DNA of 64,000 nt from Pristiophorus japonicus (Eukaryota). Shown here piece after piece: positions 60,817 through 64,000 of the stretch. The stretch is taken from contig NC_091995.1 in assembly GCF_044704955.1 (NCBI RefSeq), positions 53,444,001 to 53,508,000 of the forward strand, written 5' to 3'. The position numbers and the translations under genes were made by a program. The notes under the pieces were generated by a model that was not told where the DNA came from, searched no databases, and saw only the letters and a program-made list of their open reading frames with translations. Position 1 is the stretch's first letter. Each line of letters starts with the position of its first letter.

Positions 60817-61490
60817 GGCTCTCACCTCAGTCAAAAGCATGTGGCTTCAAGTCCCAAAAACTTGAGCAGAAAAATCCACGCTGACACTCCAGTGCAGTAC
60901 TGAGGGAGCACTGCACAGTCGGAGGGGCAGTACTGAGGGAGTGCCACACTGTTGGAGGGGCAGTACTGAGGGAGTGCCGCACTGTCGGAGGGGCAGTACT
61001 GAGGCCTGCACTGTCGGAGGGACAATACTGAGGGAGTGCTGCACTGTTGGAGGGGCAGTACTGAGGGAGTGCTGCACTATCGGAACGGCAGTATTGTGGG
61101 AGCGCTGCACTGTCGGCGAGGCAGTATTTTGGGAGCGCTGCATTGTCGGAGGGGCAGTACTGAGGGAGCCCTAAAATGTTGGAGGGGCGGTTTTCAGATT
61201 GAGACATTTAACATCTGTCAGCTCAGGTGGGAGTGAACACATCCGACCTCACTATTCGAAGAAGAGCAGGGGAGTATTTCCCGGTGTCATGGCCAGTCTT
61301 ATCCCTGAACCGATATCACTCAAACGGATGTTCTGGTCATTTATTTCACTGCTATTTCTGCGAGCTTGCTGTGCACAAAGTGGCTGCTGCATTTCCCGCA
61401 TCACAACAGGGACTACAGTTCCAAAAAATATTTCATTGGCTTTCATTGTGAAGCACTTTGGGATGTCCTGAGGTGGCGAAATGTGCTGTA
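60817..61490 (+). mobile_element. Deu-domain SINE (SacSINE1/AmnSINE-like) with internal 33-bp expansion
   Basis: tRNA-like head with B box, ~9 minisatellite units, Deu-like core (ttcagattgagacatttaa...gaagaagagcaggggag...gcttgctgtgcacaaagtggctgctgcatttcc), tail gtgaagcactttgggatgtcctgagg. Confidence 0.8.
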
Positions 61491-62122
61491 GGTGTCGCTA
61501 TTGCTGAAATGTGACTTTAATTCAGCATTTAGTTGCCATGGGCCACATGTGTGGAGTCTGATCCTCAGGCTAAAGAGGAAACCCTCGGGCCTGGGCCAAA
61601 GGCCTCACATTCAGGCCTGTCTGGTGCACACGCTGCCCATGATGGTGCTTCTGTTGCATACCGGAGCCCCGAGGTGCAAAACCTGGGTGCAGAGCTCTTC
61701 ATCTGGGCCTGAGTGTGGGGCTGCACCGATTTCTAAAGTCCTACAGTGTTAACTTGTAGTGGGACATCGAGCCTCCTGGTGACTCGCTGCTGGCCTGTCC
61801 CCAGGGGCAGTTCCATGGATACCCGCAGGCCTAGCGCTCAAATTCATCCAACGCCCACCCCTGCCAACGATCTGGAGAGGGACAACTGTCGGTCGCCTCA
61901 CAGCCCAGCTCGATCCTGCCCCCGCCCTCCCCTGCCCACACTCCCGCTTTTCAGCTGGGCAGATCCCGAATAACAATCTGGAGCAGGGGGCTAGGCCGAA
62001 CTTCTGGCTGCTTCCTTCCGTAGGCCGGGGTTAGGGGAGTGGTCAAAAGTGGTTCATGGTCTGACCCTGCCGGTTCTGGGCCCCTCCCACCTTCACAATT
62101 CTGCTCCGTGTTCTCTCCTCAG

Positions 62123-62371
62123 GCCCCCACACCTCGATGCACCTTTACATCCACTCCAACAACCTCCCTGACCTGCCGGCCTTCTCTGTGCCCGGGATGT
62201 TGGATAACCTTCAGACTGAGTACTACGACAGCCTCCTGAACAAGACCGAACCCAGGCAACAGTGGATGGCCGACAATTTTGCAGACGACTACTGGCTGGA
62301 GCAGACCAAGACTGCCGACACCATTCACAGGCTCCTCTCCAGCAACATCGCCCGATTGACCATGCTCACTG
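62123..62371 (+). CDS. MHC class I-like alpha1 domain exon (non-classical)
   Basis: Acceptor ttctctcctcag. GPHTSMHLY..LPAFSVPGMLDNLQTEYYDS..KTEPRQQWM..DDYWLEQT fits the class I alpha1 pattern. Phase 1/1, donor g|gtgcgt, no stops. Confidence 0.88.
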
Positions 62372-62444
62372 GTGCGTCTCCTTTAACTTCCGCTGTGCCT
62401 TCAGGTTAAAACAGAACTGGGCTGTGTGTAGTTGCCCATTAGAC

Positions 62445-62915
62445 AACTGATCCCTGGGATGAGAGGGCTGTCTTATGATGAGAGGGTGTGTAGAATGGGC
62501 CTCTGGAGTTTAGGCGAATGATAGGTAATCTCATTGAAACCGATAAGATTCTGAAGGGGATTGACAGGGTAGATGCTGAGAGATTATTTCCCTTGGCTGG
62601 AGTGTCTGGAACTAGGGGGCACAGTCTCAGGATAAGCGGTCGGCCATTTAAGACTGAGATGGGGAGGAATTTCTTCACTCAGAGGGTGGTGAATCTTTGG
62701 AATTCTCTGCCCCAGAGGGCTGTGGAGGGTGAGTCGTTGAGTATATTCAAGGCGGAGATGGACAGATTTTTGGACTCTCGGGGAATCAAGGGATATGGGG
62801 ATAGTGCAGGAAAGTGGAGTTGTGGTGGAAGATCGGCCATGATCTTATAGAATGTTGGAGCAGGCTCGAGGGGCCGAATGGCTTAGTCCTGCTCCTTATG
62901 TCATGTTCTTTTGTG
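62445..62915 (+). mobile_element. CR1 LINE 3' end
   Basis: LIETDKILKGIDRVD...FFTQRVVNLWNSLP plus CR1 3' UTR/tail. Confidence 0.92.
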
Positions 62916-63019
62916 TTGATCCATCAAAGGTTTCTCAGTGAGGATTGTTGCTCCCAAGAGACATTGAGAACGGGCTATTCACCTCCACTTACACAATTAA
63001 AAGGGAAAAAAAGATGACA

Positions 63020-63290
63020 ACACCGTTAACGTAGTATAACATCCCAAGGTAATTCACAGGAGCGATTATCAAACATTAGCACAGGTCACCCAAACCTTGG
63101 TCAAAGAGGTAGGTTTTAAGGAGCGTCTTAAAGGAGGAAAGAGAGGCGGAGAGGTTTAGACAGGGAGTTCCAGAGCTTGGGGTCCAGGCAGCAGAAGGCA
63201 CGTCCACCAATGGTTGAGCGATTATAAGGGGGGATGCTCAAGAGGGCAGAATTAGAAGAGCGCAGACATCTCGGAGGGTTGTATTGCTGG
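63020..63290 (-). mobile_element. Probable L2-type LINE 3' fragment
   Basis: ttggtcaaagaggtaggttttaaggagcgtcttaaagg...gggagttccagagc resembles the antisense L2 ORF2 end (recalled, not searched). Confidence 0.55.
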
Positions 63291-63714
63291 CTGCCTGTAA
63301 TTGAAGTTGCTAAGGCAACAGCTTGAGGGTTTTGTTAATTAACAACCAATGAGATCTCTTTCAGCAGCCCTACACTACAATCTGAAGGCACTGCCTGAGA
63401 GAGCTGTCAGTGCTATTTTAGACTTTAGACTTTATTTCTCTTTGTCTTGTTTATCCGCTGCTGTAAGTGATGTGTACGCGCTGTGTGTCTCTGCTCTGTT
63501 AAGCATTTTGTGTATTTCCCATTATCAAGCCACACAGCAGCAAAAGCGTATCTAACAGGATTTCCATTTTGATTTCATGCTCCCCAGCGACATCAGCTGG
63601 TGAATAGGACAATGAGGAGAGGGCCGAGTGTAGGGCCCTGCACCCTGCCCCCACTCCAAACTCCACCGACACCACCCTGACAATGCTTTTATACTCCCTC
63701 TCAGGAGCTTGACG

Positions 63715-64000
63715 TCACTGGCAAGGCTGGCATTTATTGCACATCCCGGATACCACAGGGTACCTCGCTCGACCCCTCCACAGGGCAGCTAGAGTCAACC
63801 ACCTTGGCGTGGGACTGGAGCCAGACCGGGTGAAGACGGCAGGTTTCCTTCTCTAATCATCCCATCATCATAGTCAGTCCCTCAACATCGAGGAAGGCTT
63901 TGAAGGGGTGGAAGATGCCTGTGCATGAGTTCTTTTAAAGTGGGGTGGTCGTTGCACACTGGCTACCACGCAGGCTTAGCAGAGCGAGGTCTTGGTCCAG
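63715..64000. mobile_element. Degenerate interspersed-repeat (RTE-like LINE) fragments
   Basis: Resembles recurrent elasmobranch repeats (agagtcaaccac...ggcaggtttccttc; catcatagtcagtccctc). Family uncertain. Confidence 0.35.

Larger units (their letters stand above)
44538..61170 (+). repeat. Tandem composite unit copy 3, split by ERV (44538-45375 and 60358-61170)
   Basis: Removing the ERV restores ggtgc-aaag-agaggaggcaattaaag, matching ggtgc-agag-agaggaggcaattaaag in copies 1 and 2. Confidence 0.9.

Noticed and set aside
62372-62409. Extension of the alpha1 exon to an alternative phase-1 donor at 62404 or to the stop at 62409
   Set aside because: gtgcgt at 62372 is a better donor than gttaaa, and the extension is not MHC-like; it cannot be fully excluded.

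Overview
Eukaryotic (vertebrate, very likely elasmobranch/shark) repeat-rich genomic DNA. The host content appears to be a tandem pair of MHC class I-like genes on the + strand. Gene 1 contributes its last two cytoplasmic-tail exons (6481-6510, 9718-9797). Gene 2 contributes a leader exon (37907-37985) and a non-classical alpha1-domain exon (62123-62371), separated by a ~24 kb intron. That intron holds three tandem ~2 kb SINE-containing units. The third unit is interrupted by a 15 kb defective endogenous retrovirus (45376-60357, - strand). It has a 4-bp TSD, a tRNA-Arg PBS, a UGA-CUAG gag-pol junction, dual RNase H and a deleted integrase core. Its env looks like a paramyxovirus-F-type fusion protein (lokiretrovirus-like) and appears to carry an N-terminal immunoglobulin-like domain. 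A Mag-type Ty3/Gypsy element (51967-56785) is nested inside the ERV RT motif. The remainder is a SINE-derived 33-bp minisatellite (which explains the many long spurious ORFs), a ~23 kb strand-asymmetric polypurine tract with a gap and a solo LTR, and CR1/L2 LINE fragments. Family assignments are from motif recognition only; no database search was run.
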